Of a stretch of 64,000 bases of DNA, positions 28,594 through 38,639 are shown piece after piece; position 1 is the first letter of the stretch, and every line of letters begins with the position of its first letter. The notes under the pieces are model-generated. The model did no database searches, had not been told where the DNA came from, and saw only the letters and a program-made list of their open reading frames with translations. Origin of the DNA: Chlamydiales bacterium (lineage in GTDB: Bacteria > Chlamydiota > Chlamydiia > Chlamydiales > JBDQID01); assembly GCA_047611865.1 (NCBI GenBank), contig JBLFWS010000001.1:46517-110516 (forward strand). Reading direction: 5' to 3'. Both the position numbers and the translations under genes were made by a program.

Positions 28594-28610
28594 AGCAAGA
28601 CTGATGCCAA
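28594..28610 (-). promoter_or_regulatory. Sigma54 (-24/-12) promoter of flgB-flgC-fliE
   Basis: Minus strand TTGGCATCAGTCTTGCT has exact GG-N10-GC spacing, 34 bp upstream of the flgB start. Confidence 0.75.
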
Positions 28611-28704
28611 AAGGTTTTTAAGGGAGTCAAAAGAAGGAGTACCCAATAATTAGGTGGGCAATTTGTTCTTATAGGGAATTATTTTCTTAAGCCATTCAAA
28701 TAAA

Positions 28705-29409
28705 TTATTGAAGCATCCAATTAATCGGAGCTTTGCCGTCCTTCTCAAGGAGACGATTGATTGTTGAAAAATGACGAGAACCAAAAAAACCAGAATTGGC
28801 TGAATATGGTGAAGGATGGGGTGAGCTTAATACAACATGATGCTTATGCTGGGAAAACTGCTCTAGCTGTTTATACTTTTCTTGAGCAGACTTTCCCCAG
28901 AGGACAAAAATAATGGCTTCTTCACGTTCTGCAAGGTGGGTAATTACAGCATCGGTAAAGCGTTCCCATCCTCTTCCATGATGGGACTTAGGTTCTCTCG
29001 TACGAACAGTAAGGGTAGCATTGAGAAGCAACACGCCCTGACGAGCCCAGTGTAAAAGGCAGCCATGCTTTGGATCGGGAATACCAAGATCAGACCCAAG
29101 CTCTTTAAAAATGTTTTTCAGGGACGGAGGGGGCCGCACGCCTTTTGCAACACTAAAGCTCAAGCCGTGGGCTTGTCCTGGTCCATGATAAGGATCCTGG
29201 CCCATTATGACTACTGAAACTTGGTGATAAAGAGTTTGATTAAAAGCGCTAAAGATTTCTTTTTCCGGGGGGTATACTTGCTTACCTGCTGCTCTTTCTC
29301 CTTCCAAAAACAGAAGAAGTTCAGCAAAATAAGGTTTTTTAAATTCTCCCTCCAATTTCGATACCCAGCTTGGATCGAGAATCATGGGTAGTTGGAGCTT
29401 ATTTTTCAT
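28705..29409 (-). CDS. ung: Uracil-DNA glycosylase
   Basis: GQDPYH, HGLSFS, PPSLKNI, GVLLLN, HPSP; start ATG 29409 after AGGAG. Confidence 0.97.
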   Translation of the reverse strand: MKNKLQLPMILDPSWVSKLEGEFKKPYFAELLLFLEGERAAGKQVYPPEKEIFSAFNQTLYHQVSVVIMGQDPYHGPGQAHGLSFSVAKGVRPPPSLKNIFKELGSDLGIPDPKHGCLLHWARQGVLLLNATLTVRTREPKSHHGRGWERFTDAVITHLAEREEAIIFVLWGKSAQEKYKQLEQFSQHKHHVVLSSPHPSPYSANSGFFGSRHFSTINRLLEKDGKAPINWMLQ

Positions 29410-29547
29410 GAGAAATCTCCTAAAAACGGTCAAAAATGAGGGGAAAAATAACATTGATTATGTTTAAACAACAAGTTGAATTTGAGATTGACGATAAAGT
29501 ACTTAGGAAACTAGAATGTTGCATTCACATTTTCAGGAAATGTATTA

Positions 29548-29802
29548 ATGAAAAATCTTGCTGATAATTTTGTAGTACGCTTCATCAATATTTCTCGTAA
29601 AAAAGAAGGCATATTCGCCAACTTTAAGGTTAAGGGAATCAAGGGTGGAACGTCAGTAACAGCTTCTATCGCAGTCGATATTTTGGAAGCTGAAGTAGAT
29701 CCAACGGATCCACTAGAAAAAATCATTGAAGAATGTGCTCGAATTGCCGTAAAAGAGTTAAAGAAATCAGAGTTCCAATTCGAAGGCATGGCTTTAGTCT
29801 AA
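29548..29802 (+). CDS. Small hypothetical protein (probably a conserved chlamydial family)
   Basis: 84-aa ORF with globular alpha/beta-like composition, directly upstream of tRNA-Pro. Confidence 0.6.
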   Translation: MKNLADNFVVRFINISRKKEGIFANFKVKGIKGGTSVTASIAVDILEAEVDPTDPLEKIIEECARIAVKELKKSEFQFEGMALV

Positions 29803-29811
29803 TTTGTTTAT

Positions 29812-29886
29812 CTGGGTGTAGCGCAGCTTGGCTAGCGCACTTGCATGGGGTGTAAGGGGTCGGAGGTTCGAATCCTCTCACCCAGA
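29812..29886 (+). tRNA. tRNA-Pro(GGG)
   Basis: Acceptor stem CTGGGTG/CACCCAG, anticodon arm CTTGC-ATGGGGT-GTAAG, T-loop GTTCGAATC; CCA not encoded. Confidence 0.95.
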
Positions 29887-30038
29887 TTTTCTTTTTTTCA
29901 CAACATAGTTCTAAATTTTCTCTAAAAATTAGATACAGATGTATCTGAGCATTCTCATGTTTTCAAATTCCCACTCTTTTTCAAAAAGTTTTTTTTATAT
30001 TCTTTCCTTAGATCAACAAAACAACTCTATTTTCGCTA

Positions 30039-30684
30039 TGTGGGGAATTGTTCACAGTAGGAGAGAAGAGAATTGTCGAGCAAAATGTCGATAGTTGTAA
30101 AGAAGTCGTATACCTGTGCATAACCACCCCACTTATAAACCTAGAGTTAACAAATTGCGAACAGGTCGCTACAGAGGAGAAAACCCCTCTTATCAACAAG
30201 TCCACAGCCTCTGAAGAAGAAGAAGAGTATCTATATTTATTATTCTTCATAATAATCTCGGTGGAAAATCGTGTCTTTTCTCAAAACTTCAAAAAATGGG
30301 CATTTTGTGGATGAAATGTTCGCAAATAGAGAGAAAGAACTTGTTCAAGGAAATGAAGGTAACTATGTCGATAATGTTAAATTGTCAGTAAGCCGAAGTT
30401 TATAGACCAATAACGAACAAGTAATGAACAGCTACATTTAGGAGACAAATATACCCTATTGCAAACATCTCCACAGCATAAGAAGAAGAAGAAAACAGTT
30501 TAAATATAAATATTATAAAACATAGAGCATGTGGAAAGCTTAAAAATGGCAAACAATTTGAAAAGACTTTGATCGTCAATATTCGATCTCTTGAAATTTA
30601 TGCCTAAACAAAATCTAAAGTAAGCCCTTAACTCGAACACTTTTTACCAAGTCACGTATTAATTTTTGAGAATGTTGTGTATAA
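30039..30684. promoter_or_regulatory. Putative replication origin, right half (DnaA boxes plus two unwinding modules pointing right)
   Basis: Consensus TTWTNCACA boxes on the minus strand at 30115 and 30676; degenerate boxes at 30048, 30155, 30190, 30306, 30317, 30366, 30422; modules at 30190-30245 and 30459-30520. Confidence 0.7.
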
Positions 30685-31006
30685 CACATCTTACTTCGAC
30701 AAAAATATGAGTTATAAGTGAAATGAAAGTAGGTCGAAATACTCCAAAAGCGGCTTCGCAATTTTAATATACAACTTCGATTTGCATATGGCATCGCCAG
30801 CTTTCTTGAATTAATTATGTGTTTCAAAACGCTAAAAAAGTCTCTAAAATAGAATTCCAAATTCGAAACTGGTTATGATGAATACCCCAAACGAAATTCA
30901 AAATAAGCAAAAGCCTAAATTTAAAAATAAATCCAGCCCTAAAAGTAAAATAATCTTGTCAAAAAGGAGTCTATAGAGGTAAAAAGGCAGATAGCTTAGA
31001 AAAGGT

Positions 31007-32464
31007 ATGCCTCAATTTATAGAGGATAGGATGACTAGATTTACACACTGGAAAGTTTTTCTTGGAATTGTAGTTTTCATTTTTATGTGCGGAGAAGCGA
31101 GCTTAGTTTCTCAAGCAACTGAAGATGAAAATCTTACTGAAAGCTCACGACCCAATATACATCGATTGAACAACAGTCAACTTCTTGCGCAGGCTGAAGC
31201 AGTGGAAAAGGTTCCTCTTGCGAAAAAATATTTTCTCGAAGGAAAAGTATTTTATGACCAAGGTGATTTTACAAATGCTTTAGAATCATTTCGAAAATCA
31301 CTCTTTGAAGACCCTACAGACCCTGTTCTTAACCATCTTATGGGTAGGTCCGCTTTTGAAATTGGGAGTTTTGAAGAAGCTTTGTTCGCCTTTGAAAGGG
31401 TTCTAGTGCTCAATCCAAACCTTGCTTTAAGTCGCCTTGAAAAAGCTCGAACACACCTTGCCCTGGGATCAAACCTGGAGGCTAAGGAAGAATTATTGCG
31501 GGTTTTAGAAGCGGATATCCCACCAGAAGTCAGAGCAAATGTGGAAACACTACTTGCGCAAATCGGCTCGGAAAGAAAACATGAAGTTAGTGGGGTAATG
31601 CTTTTCAGCAATACGTGGGATGCAAACGCAACGTTAGGAACAGGCGCCCTCCCTCTTCCACAAGCACCATCATTGACATCAGACCCGACAACACAAAGTG
31701 ATAGAATATTTTCTATGGCAGCTGTTTTAAGCCACAAGTATCCCTTGGCAAAGGAAGGGCTTACCTGGAAAAATGGAATTACTTGTTTTGCTTCGGATAA
31801 CGTAACTTTAAATACGAACGATCTTTTACTGGGCGCTTATTCGAGTGGATTGGAATATTCTTTTAAGAGACATTTATTTGATGTAACCGGTTCAGCAACC
31901 GTAATCTTGCTAGCTGAGCATTTGTATCAAAGTACTCCTGCATTAACTGTGAAGTATAATTATGCTTATTCACCAAGGCTGAGTTTTACAACAGGAGGAA
32001 ACTACACAAGAAGGCATCATTTTTCTACTGCAGGAACAGACCAAACTTTCGGTTTTGTAAACTCATATAATTTAGGTGTGAGCTTTCTCAAAGACGATAA
32101 AAACAGTTGGAATACCAGCTGGACTCAGAAGTTTGATAAATCACCTAGAGATTTGAAAGTAGCCTCTTCATATTACCGTTATGAATTAGTCCTTGGTTAT
32201 ACACGAGTTTTAACAGACAGGCTTAGCCTAACGCTTAAAGGCACTCGTAGGCATGATGAGTACGCTATAATACACGATGTCTTTACAGACCGGCAGAGAA
32301 GTGACATAACCCGTATTGGTAATTTGGCCTTAAATTTTAAGCTTACGCCAACCCTCTTGCTTGATATTGCTGGTGGGTACACTGACAATGACTCGAACAT
32401 TCCAAATAACACCTACATCACAAAGCAGGGGATTCTGACTTTGACAGCCCTGTTTGGGCCTTGA
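31007..32464 (+). CDS. TPR-domain outer-membrane beta-barrel protein (Slam/DUF560-like architecture)
   Basis: Signal peptide, TPR repeats (EALFAFERVLVLNPN, RLEKAR), C-terminal amphipathic beta strands. Confidence 0.6.
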   Translation: MPQFIEDRMTRFTHWKVFLGIVVFIFMCGEASLVSQATEDENLTESSRPNIHRLNNSQLLAQAEAVEKVPLAKKYFLEGKVFYDQGDFTNALESFRKSLFEDPTDPVLNHLMGRSAFEIGSFEEALFAFERVLVLNPNLALSRLEKARTHLALGSNLEAKEELLRVLEADIPPEVRANVETLLAQIGSERKHEVSGVMLFSNTWDANATLGTGALPLPQAPSLTSDPTTQSDRIFSMAAVLSHKYPLAKEGLTWKNGITCFASDNVTLNTNDLLLGAYSSGLEYSFKRHLFDVTGSATVILLAEHLYQSTPALTVKYNYAYSPRLSFTTGGNYTRRHHFSTAGTDQTFGFVNSYNLGVSFLKDDKNSWNTSWTQKFDKSPRDLKVASSYYRYELVLGYTRVLTDRLSLTLKGTRRHDEYAIIHDVFTDRQRSDITRIGNLALNFKLTPTLLLDIAGGYTDNDSNIPNNTYITKQGILTLTALFGP

Positions 32465-32491
32465 TGACTAAAATTTATATGGAGGGTGTGA

Positions 32492-32737
32492 ATGCTTGGT
32501 GCTTGGGAAATTATTGTAATACTATTCGTTGTTTTGCTTTTGTTTGGAGGAAAAAAACTTCCAGAACTGGCCCGCAGTCTTGGAGAGGGGATACGGGAGT
32601 TTAAAAAGGCTTCTCAGGAGATTTCTCAGGAGCTTGAGGTTCGCGATGTTGCTCAGACACCGCCCTCCGCCCACAAGTCTAAAGAAAATGAAAAAATATT
32701 AGAAGTAGAGCCAGAAGAAAAGAAGACCGGTGGTTGA
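32492..32737 (+). CDS. tatA: Twin-arginine translocase subunit TatA
   Basis: [35 protein letters not shown]. Confidence 0.95.
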   Translation: MLGAWEIIVILFVVLLLFGGKKLPELARSLGEGIREFKKASQEISQELEVRDVAQTPPSAHKSKENEKILEVEPEEKKTGG

Positions 32738-33665
32738 AACTGGCGGCATTGAGGGAAGCTTCTGGGATCATCTGGAGGATTTCCGAAAGACTATACTTTC
32801 TTGTGCTTTTGTGATTATTTTTTCATCTGTGATAGCGCTATTTTTCTACGAAAATGTTTTTTATATTCTTACTACGCCACTAAGATCTTTGAATAAAGAA
32901 GAATTGGGGCGTGGAGCTGTATATAGATATCAAGTTAAGAGAGAGCGTATTGTCAATGAGGGTTCTCATGAGGTCACCTATACCATGCTTGAAGATGGTC
33001 GTGGTGACCTGTCTTTCTCGAAAGGAGTAAGGCCTATTGGAGACGGCTCTTTTTTAATTGAAAGTGGTGGATATATTGATTTTGACATTCCAGCAGATCA
33101 CGAAGGTTTAGTGGTTTTCAGTCCTATAGAGGGAATGCTTACAACTTTTAAGGTGTCTTTTTGGGTGGGTTTGGTTTGTAGTGCTCCGATCTGGATGTTT
33201 ATTATTCTGAGTTTTTTTAGCCCAGGCCTAAAGCATAAAGAGAAGAGACTTGTATTCCCCTTTATACTTATGTCATTAATTTTTATGGGATTTGGGGTTT
33301 TATTTTCTCTTACTACCATAATCCCATTGGCAAACAGCTTTTTATATGCTTTCAATGCAAATATTGGAAATAATCTTTGGGCATTATCACAGTACTTGAG
33401 TTTTACAACGGTTTTGTTGCTGTCTAACGTTTTGGCCTTCGAATTATTTGTACTTTTATTATTTTTGGTTCACTTGGGAATTTTGAGTTCGGAAGCCCTG
33501 CAGAAAAAGCGCCGTATAGCGATTGTGTCAGCATTTGTGCTTGGGGCGGTACTAACACCTCCGGACGTTCTTACGCAGTGCCTACTGGCCTCCATTTTGA
33601 TTATATTCTATGAATTAGCCATTGTATATGCGCGAGTTAGGTCTCGAAGAAAAAGACTTGCTTGA
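32730..33665 (+). CDS. tatC: Twin-arginine translocase subunit TatC (with loop insertion)
   Basis: [36 protein letters not shown]. Confidence 0.92.
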   Translation: MVETGGIEGSFWDHLEDFRKTILSCAFVIIFSSVIALFFYENVFYILTTPLRSLNKEELGRGAVYRYQVKRERIVNEGSHEVTYTMLEDGRGDLSFSKGVRPIGDGSFLIESGGYIDFDIPADHEGLVVFSPIEGMLTTFKVSFWVGLVCSAPIWMFIILSFFSPGLKHKEKRLVFPFILMSLIFMGFGVLFSLTTIIPLANSFLYAFNANIGNNLWALSQYLSFTTVLLLSNVLAFELFVLLLFLVHLGILSSEALQKKRRIAIVSAFVLGAVLTPPDVLTQCLLASILIIFYELAIVYARVRSRRKRLA

Positions 33666-33801
33666 ATTGTATCGTGATAAACAGCGAGATATATCGTAAT
33701 CCACTGTTCGTAAATAAGATATGAGTTCTTTGGAGAAAAGGAAAAAAAACAAGCTTCTCCATGCCAAGCATTGGAGAAGCTATAAGACGTAAACAAAAGA
33801 A

Positions 33802-34353
33802 TTATTTCTTTGCTGTCACTGAAGTTCCGAGATTTGCAGCGGCCTCAATTTTGTCACGAAGCTGCAGTAGGTCATCTCTGTGTGCAGAAAGAATTTCTTT
33901 TGTTTGATCGGCTTTATCCAGTTCCTGAAGCCTTCCAACAAAATGGTTTAGTAGGTGGATTGTGCTTTCAGGGTCCGTAACAAAGTGAAACTCTTCGCCA
34001 TCAATTCGTCTAACTCTGTTCAAAAAGGCTATTCTTTCCCCTTGAGTGAGAGTATCAGAAGTGATGATGTTTACGAATTCGCCCCTTTCATGGACTTCTT
34101 TAGAAAGCCTAATTGGAATAGAGAATTCGTCAATTATTAATTTTAGCGAGTCAAGTGACTTACCCTTAGCTATTTTATCTTTGGCCTTGCCGGTAAGAAA
34201 AGATTCAAATACATCATTCACTTGATCTTTGTTGTCACCAGAGGCACTAATAATAGCGTTCTGTACTTCTCTGAAAGTAGAACGGGTAATTTTCATAGAG
34301 AAAATGCGCTGTAGGGAAGACCTGATACGCGTTACCGTGCTTTCGTTTAACAT
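33802..34353 (-). CDS. CT584-family chlamydial protein
   Basis: Position downstream of thrS-minD-gp6D as in Chlamydia; ITRSTFRE, RVRRIDGEEF. Confidence 0.7.
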   Translation of the reverse strand: MLNESTVTRIRSSLQRIFSMKITRSTFREVQNAIISASGDNKDQVNDVFESFLTGKAKDKIAKGKSLDSLKLIIDEFSIPIRLSKEVHERGEFVNIITSDTLTQGERIAFLNRVRRIDGEEFHFVTDPESTIHLLNHFVGRLQELDKADQTKEILSAHRDDLLQLRDKIEAAANLGTSVTAKK

Positions 34354-34634
34354 TTAATCTCTCCTGGTTTGATGGATAAATTTTTATCTTCCTTTGATCT
34401 GAGGCATCGCTTTTCTACTAGCCCCATAAAATATCCATGGGAAAATGATTTATCTGTATATCTAGTATACAAAAAATATTCGGGTAAATCTAGAGACTTC
34501 TTGAATAAATGAAAATTAATTTCATAAGTTTTCTCTGGTTTCAGTCTTAATTGTTGAGATAGGAAATAATTAAAAAGTAAAAAAAGTAACTCTTAAAAAA
34601 AACATGAGCGATAAAGTACTTAATTAGGAAGGGT

Positions 34635-35372
34635 TTAAAGCTCCTTTCCAATTTCTTGTAAAAGATCTTGTGCCGTTTTCTTTTGTTTTTTACTTAATGA
34701 AAATTTCCGAGAGCACAAAGTATTTTGAACTTGCATAAGCTTTTTGATAATATTTTCTCCGAGGTTTTCTTTGCGCATGTCACTAGAGGCGAGAGGAAAA
34801 TTTTCTCGGATTAAGGTCATTAGCTCATCTTTAGTTTCGCCATTGTAATCCAAAACAAGTTGTTTTTTCTTTTCCATTGGACCAGAACGACTTGAGAGAG
34901 AGTAGATAGCCTGCCGAGGCATGCCTTCAATTTGTGGTCGGAGATTTGATGGCATGGATTTCCAAAAATCGTAGTATTGCAAGAAATTATATGGGGTTTG
35001 ACGGTTTCCGTAGGTTGCTTTTAACCAGCCGGTAAAAGCACCGTCGCGATAGGGAGTTAATAGGACTTGAGTTTGCTTAATTCGCTCACCATGTAGCAAA
35101 GCAGCTTGATTATTAATAGCTTTAACTTCTGAGGTTATGGCAATTAAAGTAGCAAGGTCTTTGGCAATGTTGGTAGTTGTAGAGGAGTGGTTTTCAAGAA
35201 GGCCTTCTAGAAAAGATTTTTCCTTTTCGTTTAGGTCACTGAGACTAAATACCCCGGCAAAACTTGTAAGGTTTCCAGAGGCGGATTTTTTGGCAAGAGA
35301 AGCCATCTTGTTTTTCGAGCTGCCGTCTGCTGATTTCAAACGTTTACTGAGTAGGTCGTTGACTTTGGCCAT
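34635..35372 (-). CDS. Chromosomal Pgp6-D-related protein (CT583 family)
   Basis: ITSEVKAINNQAALLHGERIK, YRDGAFT.WL...YGNRQTPYNFLQYY, MPRQAIY. Confidence 0.88.
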   Translation of the reverse strand: MAKVNDLLSKRLKSADGSSKNKMASLAKKSASGNLTSFAGVFSLSDLNEKEKSFLEGLLENHSSTTTNIAKDLATLIAITSEVKAINNQAALLHGERIKQTQVLLTPYRDGAFTGWLKATYGNRQTPYNFLQYYDFWKSMPSNLRPQIEGMPRQAIYSLSSRSGPMEKKKQLVLDYNGETKDELMTLIRENFPLASSDMRKENLGENIIKKLMQVQNTLCSRKFSLSKKQKKTAQDLLQEIGKEL

Positions 35373-35403
35373 AAGTGTTTCCCCTTCACGGATTTAGGTG
35401 TGA

Positions 35404-36159
35404 CTACAGACGCTTCGCAATTTCCTTTGATAAGTTACGGTAGTCTTGAGCAGCTCGGCTTTTTGGAGCTGTTTCAAAGAGTGGTCTACCATATATGGAG
35501 GCTTCAGATACAGCGATGTCGCGGCGGATTTTAGAAGATAAAACTTTTCCTGGAAACGTTTTCTCTACAACATCCAAAAATGTTTGGTTGCTTTTGCCGC
35601 GGGAGTTCCAGAAGGAGAGCGCAACCCCAAGAACGTTAAGGGGGTGCCTTTGAGAGATACTGTTGATAAATAGACTTAGCCTTTCCAAGCCTTTGATGCT
35701 GTAGAATTCAGGGGTTGCACAGATAAGAGAATGCTGAGCTGCGATGAGTGCAGATTCGGTTAACCAGCAGAGTGATGGGGGAGTGTCGATGATGATATAG
35801 TCATATTTTAGGGGTTTGAGAGCCTCTTTTAATCTTTCGTGTGAGTAACGGTCTGCTGCTAAAGACTCTGTAACTTCTACTCGTTCGAGCCAGGTATCCG
35901 CTGGAATTAGGTCGACGTTCGTTACCCCCGTTTTGAGGATGACTTCGTTTAGGGGTCTTTTTTTTTGAAGAACAGAGGCAATGCTGTCGTGTTCATCAGG
36001 GTCAAATCCGAAACCGGTAGTCATATTGGCCTGAGCATCAAAGTCGATAAGTAATACTTTTTTTCTGTTGAACTTGGCTAAGGCTGTACCGAGGTGAATA
36101 GCTGTAGAGGTTTTGGCTGTCCCTCCCTTAAAGCTGCTTATAGCGATTGTTTTTCCCAT
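35404..36159 (-). CDS. ParA/MinD family ATPase (Pgp5-related, CT582-like)
   Basis: KGGTAKTS, IDFDAQAN, IIDTPPS. Confidence 0.92.
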   Translation of the reverse strand: MGKTIAISSFKGGTAKTSTAIHLGTALAKFNRKKVLLIDFDAQANMTTGFGFDPDEHDSIASVLQKKRPLNEVILKTGVTNVDLIPADTWLERVEVTESLAADRYSHERLKEALKPLKYDYIIIDTPPSLCWLTESALIAAQHSLICATPEFYSIKGLERLSLFINSISQRHPLNVLGVALSFWNSRGKSNQTFLDVVEKTFPGKVLSSKIRRDIAVSEASIYGRPLFETAPKSRAAQDYRNLSKEIAKRL

Positions 36160-36256
36160 TTGTCATCCCCTCAATTTGTGTGGCAAACAATTCTTTTGTA
36201 AATAGCTCATATATAATGAGATAGTAATAAAGTACGGTGAAACAAAAAGTTCATTT

Positions 36257-36279
36257 GGGAAGACTGTAATAGCCTTCCC
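36257..36279 (-). terminator. Hairpin downstream of thrS
   Basis: Minus strand GGGAAGGCT-ATTAC-AGTCTTCCC. Confidence 0.45.
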
Positions 36280-36298
36280 GTATTATGACTAAACGAAT

Positions 36299-38230
36299 CT
36301 AAGATTCTTTTTTGAAAAAAGGAGATTTTAGCTGACGGCTCTTTTTTTCTTTCTCCATAGAGCTAATAAAATCGGTAATGTCGACTTCGCCGTGAACATA
36401 GTTGTCTCGAGTGCGGAGGGATGCATTTTGGCTTTCGACTTCTCTGTCGCCGACAGTAAGAATGTAATTGCACTGGTCAAGTTGAGCATTTCGTACTTTT
36501 TTGCTTACAGACTCGTGACTTTCATCTAGTTCACAAAGGATTCCGTTTTCTTTCATTTGCTTGAAAATGGCTTTGGCGTGAGGGGCATGACGATCTGCAA
36601 CGGTGAGAATTCGTACCTGCCTTGGGCTCAGCCAAAGGGGGAAGCGCCCCGCGAAGTGTTCGATCAGTATCCCCATGAAACGTTCAATGGAGCCGAAAAG
36701 TGCTCGATGAAGCATAATGGGGCGCTGGCGGCTTCCGTCTTTTGCGGTGTACTCGAGCTCGAATCTTTCAGGAAGATTTGTGTCGAGTTGTACAGTTCCG
36801 CATTGCCAGGTTCTTCCGATGGCATCGTAAATGTGGTAGTCGATTTTGGGACCATAGAATGCGCCATCACCCTCGTTGATTCGAAATTCTTTATTAGATC
36901 GGACTAAGGCTTTGCGTAAAGCTTCAGTGGCAAGGTCCCAGTCTTCATCGGAGCCGATAGTATCCTTTTCCGGTCGTGTAGAAAGCTCAAGGTGATAGGA
37001 CAGTCCGAAGGTTGAGTAGAGCTCGTCTGCGAGATCGAGGATTTCTACCACTTCATCTTCAATTTGCTCTGGCGTCATAAAGATGTGGGCATCATCTTGG
37101 TGGAAGCTTCGAACACGAAACAGTCCAGAAATTGCACCTGAAGCTTCAGCGCGATGAACGTTGCCAATTTCTGCTATGCGAAGGGGGAGCTCTCGGTAGC
37201 TATGAGTGTTGCTTCGGTAAAAGAGCATGCATCCAGGGCAGTTCATGGGTTTGATTGCGAAGTCACGTTCTTCGATGGAAGAGGTGTACATGTTTTCATT
37301 ATAGTTCTTCCAGTGGCCTGATCGCTCCCAAAGTTCACGAGACATCATTACGGGAGTTTTGATTTCGAGATAGTCCCTTTTGTCCTGTAGCTCTCTTAGA
37401 AAATTGACTAACTGATTCCAAATAGTCATTCCCTTGGGGTGGATGAAGGGCATTCCGGGAGCGGCATCTTTTAGAGAGAAGAGGTCAAGTTTGGGGCCGA
37501 TTATTTTGTGGTCGCGTTTTTTTGCTTCTTCGAGGCGTTTTAGGTGTTCCTGGAGGATCTTGCGGTCTGGAAAAGTAATACCGTAGATGCGTGTTAGCAT
37601 TTCGTTTGAAGAGTCCCCTCTCCAGTAAGCGCCAGATGTTTTCATCAATTTTAGTGCTTTAATTTTTCCAAGATTAGGAATGTGCGGCCCGCGGCAGAGG
37701 TCGAAGAATTCACCTTGTCTGTAACCTGTTATTTCATCACCGTTCTCGAAATTGGAGATTATTTCGCACTTGTATTTGTTGTCAGAAAAAGTGTTTAGAG
37801 CATCGTCTTTATTTTTAAAGGTTTCTCTTTGAGATTTGTGATTTTCGGAAACAATTTTTTTCATTTCCTTTTCGATTTTGGGAAAGTCATCTTCAGAGAT
37901 TGTGAGGTTTGCGAAGTCGTAGTAAAAGCCATCTTTGATGGGAGGTCCAATCGTGGGTTGGGCATCGGGCCATAGACGAAGGATTGCCTGTGCAAGAACA
38001 TGAGCCGAGCTGTGCCAAAATATTTCTTGGCCTTCCGGATCTTCGAAGTTCCAGATTGTTACTTCATCGCCATTGCTTAATTCTTGAGTGAGGTCGTAGG
38101 TTTTTCCATTGATGTGGATGGCTAAAGCTTCGTTGGGAGCTTTTAAATTGAGTTTTTCGACGAGGTCTTTTCCGCTGCTCCCATCGGGAAGTTCGACAGA
38201 GGCCTGATCTTTTATTTTAATGGATAACAT
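36299..38230 (-). CDS. thrS: Threonine--tRNA ligase
   Basis: HSSAH, DLCRGPH, RDHK, KPMNCP, FHQDDAH, GAFYGPK, GSIERF. Confidence 0.99.
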   Translation of the reverse strand: MLSIKIKDQASVELPDGSSGKDLVEKLNLKAPNEALAIHINGKTYDLTQELSNGDEVTIWNFEDPEGQEIFWHSSAHVLAQAILRLWPDAQPTIGPPIKDGFYYDFANLTISEDDFPKIEKEMKKIVSENHKSQRETFKNKDDALNTFSDNKYKCEIISNFENGDEITGYRQGEFFDLCRGPHIPNLGKIKALKLMKTSGAYWRGDSSNEMLTRIYGITFPDRKILQEHLKRLEEAKKRDHKIIGPKLDLFSLKDAAPGMPFIHPKGMTIWNQLVNFLRELQDKRDYLEIKTPVMMSRELWERSGHWKNYNENMYTSSIEERDFAIKPMNCPGCMLFYRSNTHSYRELPLRIAEIGNVHRAEASGAISGLFRVRSFHQDDAHIFMTPEQIEDEVVEILDLADELYSTFGLSYHLELSTRPEKDTIGSDEDWDLATEALRKALVRSNKEFRINEGDGAFYGPKIDYHIYDAIGRTWQCGTVQLDTNLPERFELEYTAKDGSRQRPIMLHRALFGSIERFMGILIEHFAGRFPLWLSPRQVRILTVADRHAPHAKAIFKQMKENGILCELDESHESVSKKVRNAQLDQCNYILTVGDREVESQNASLRTRDNYVHGEVDITDFISSMEKEKKSRQLKSPFFKKES

Positions 38231-38639
38231 GGTGTTGGTAGCTCATATTTTTTGAACAGGTTTAAGAGAACTAAATAGATTAGCATTTTACCTTATGCTT
38301 CAGCAAATTGAAAGGGTAAATTGGATGAATGGAGCGTAAAGCTTTATGGCGGGAGAAAAATCAGGCCTAATAATTTTCGCAATATCCTGAGAATGTGTTG
38401 TGAAATGGATTTAATAAGAGAAGAGAAAGATAAAGGGGAGGGTGAGCGTAAAATATTTATTACAAATAATTTACATGTCTATTCCAAAGCTAGATCTTCT
38501 CATATTGTTTATTTTTTTTACGAAACAAGGCAGGATGAGACTAGAAAAGATTATAGGATCTTCCTTTTAAGTTAATTTGCTTGAAGGAATAAGAGAGGGG
38601 GGTCCTCCGGGCTTAAATACAACTTGTCTAGGAAAAAAT

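Noticed and set aside
27030..30226. 38-bp inverted repeats as ends of an invertible or mobile cassette
   Set aside because: No recombinase or transposase nearby, the enclosed genes include ung and a tRNA, and a third copy exists. The origin interpretation fits better, though inversion is not excluded.
30008..30860. Short ORFs 30008..30250, 30048..30314 and 30615..30860
   Set aside because: Their poly-Ser and poly-Glu runs are translations of the (GAA)n module; the region is better explained as non-coding origin DNA.
30685..30900. Recurrent TTCGA-like words upstream of the TPR-barrel gene
   Set aside because: Too short and irregularly spaced to support a binding-site array.
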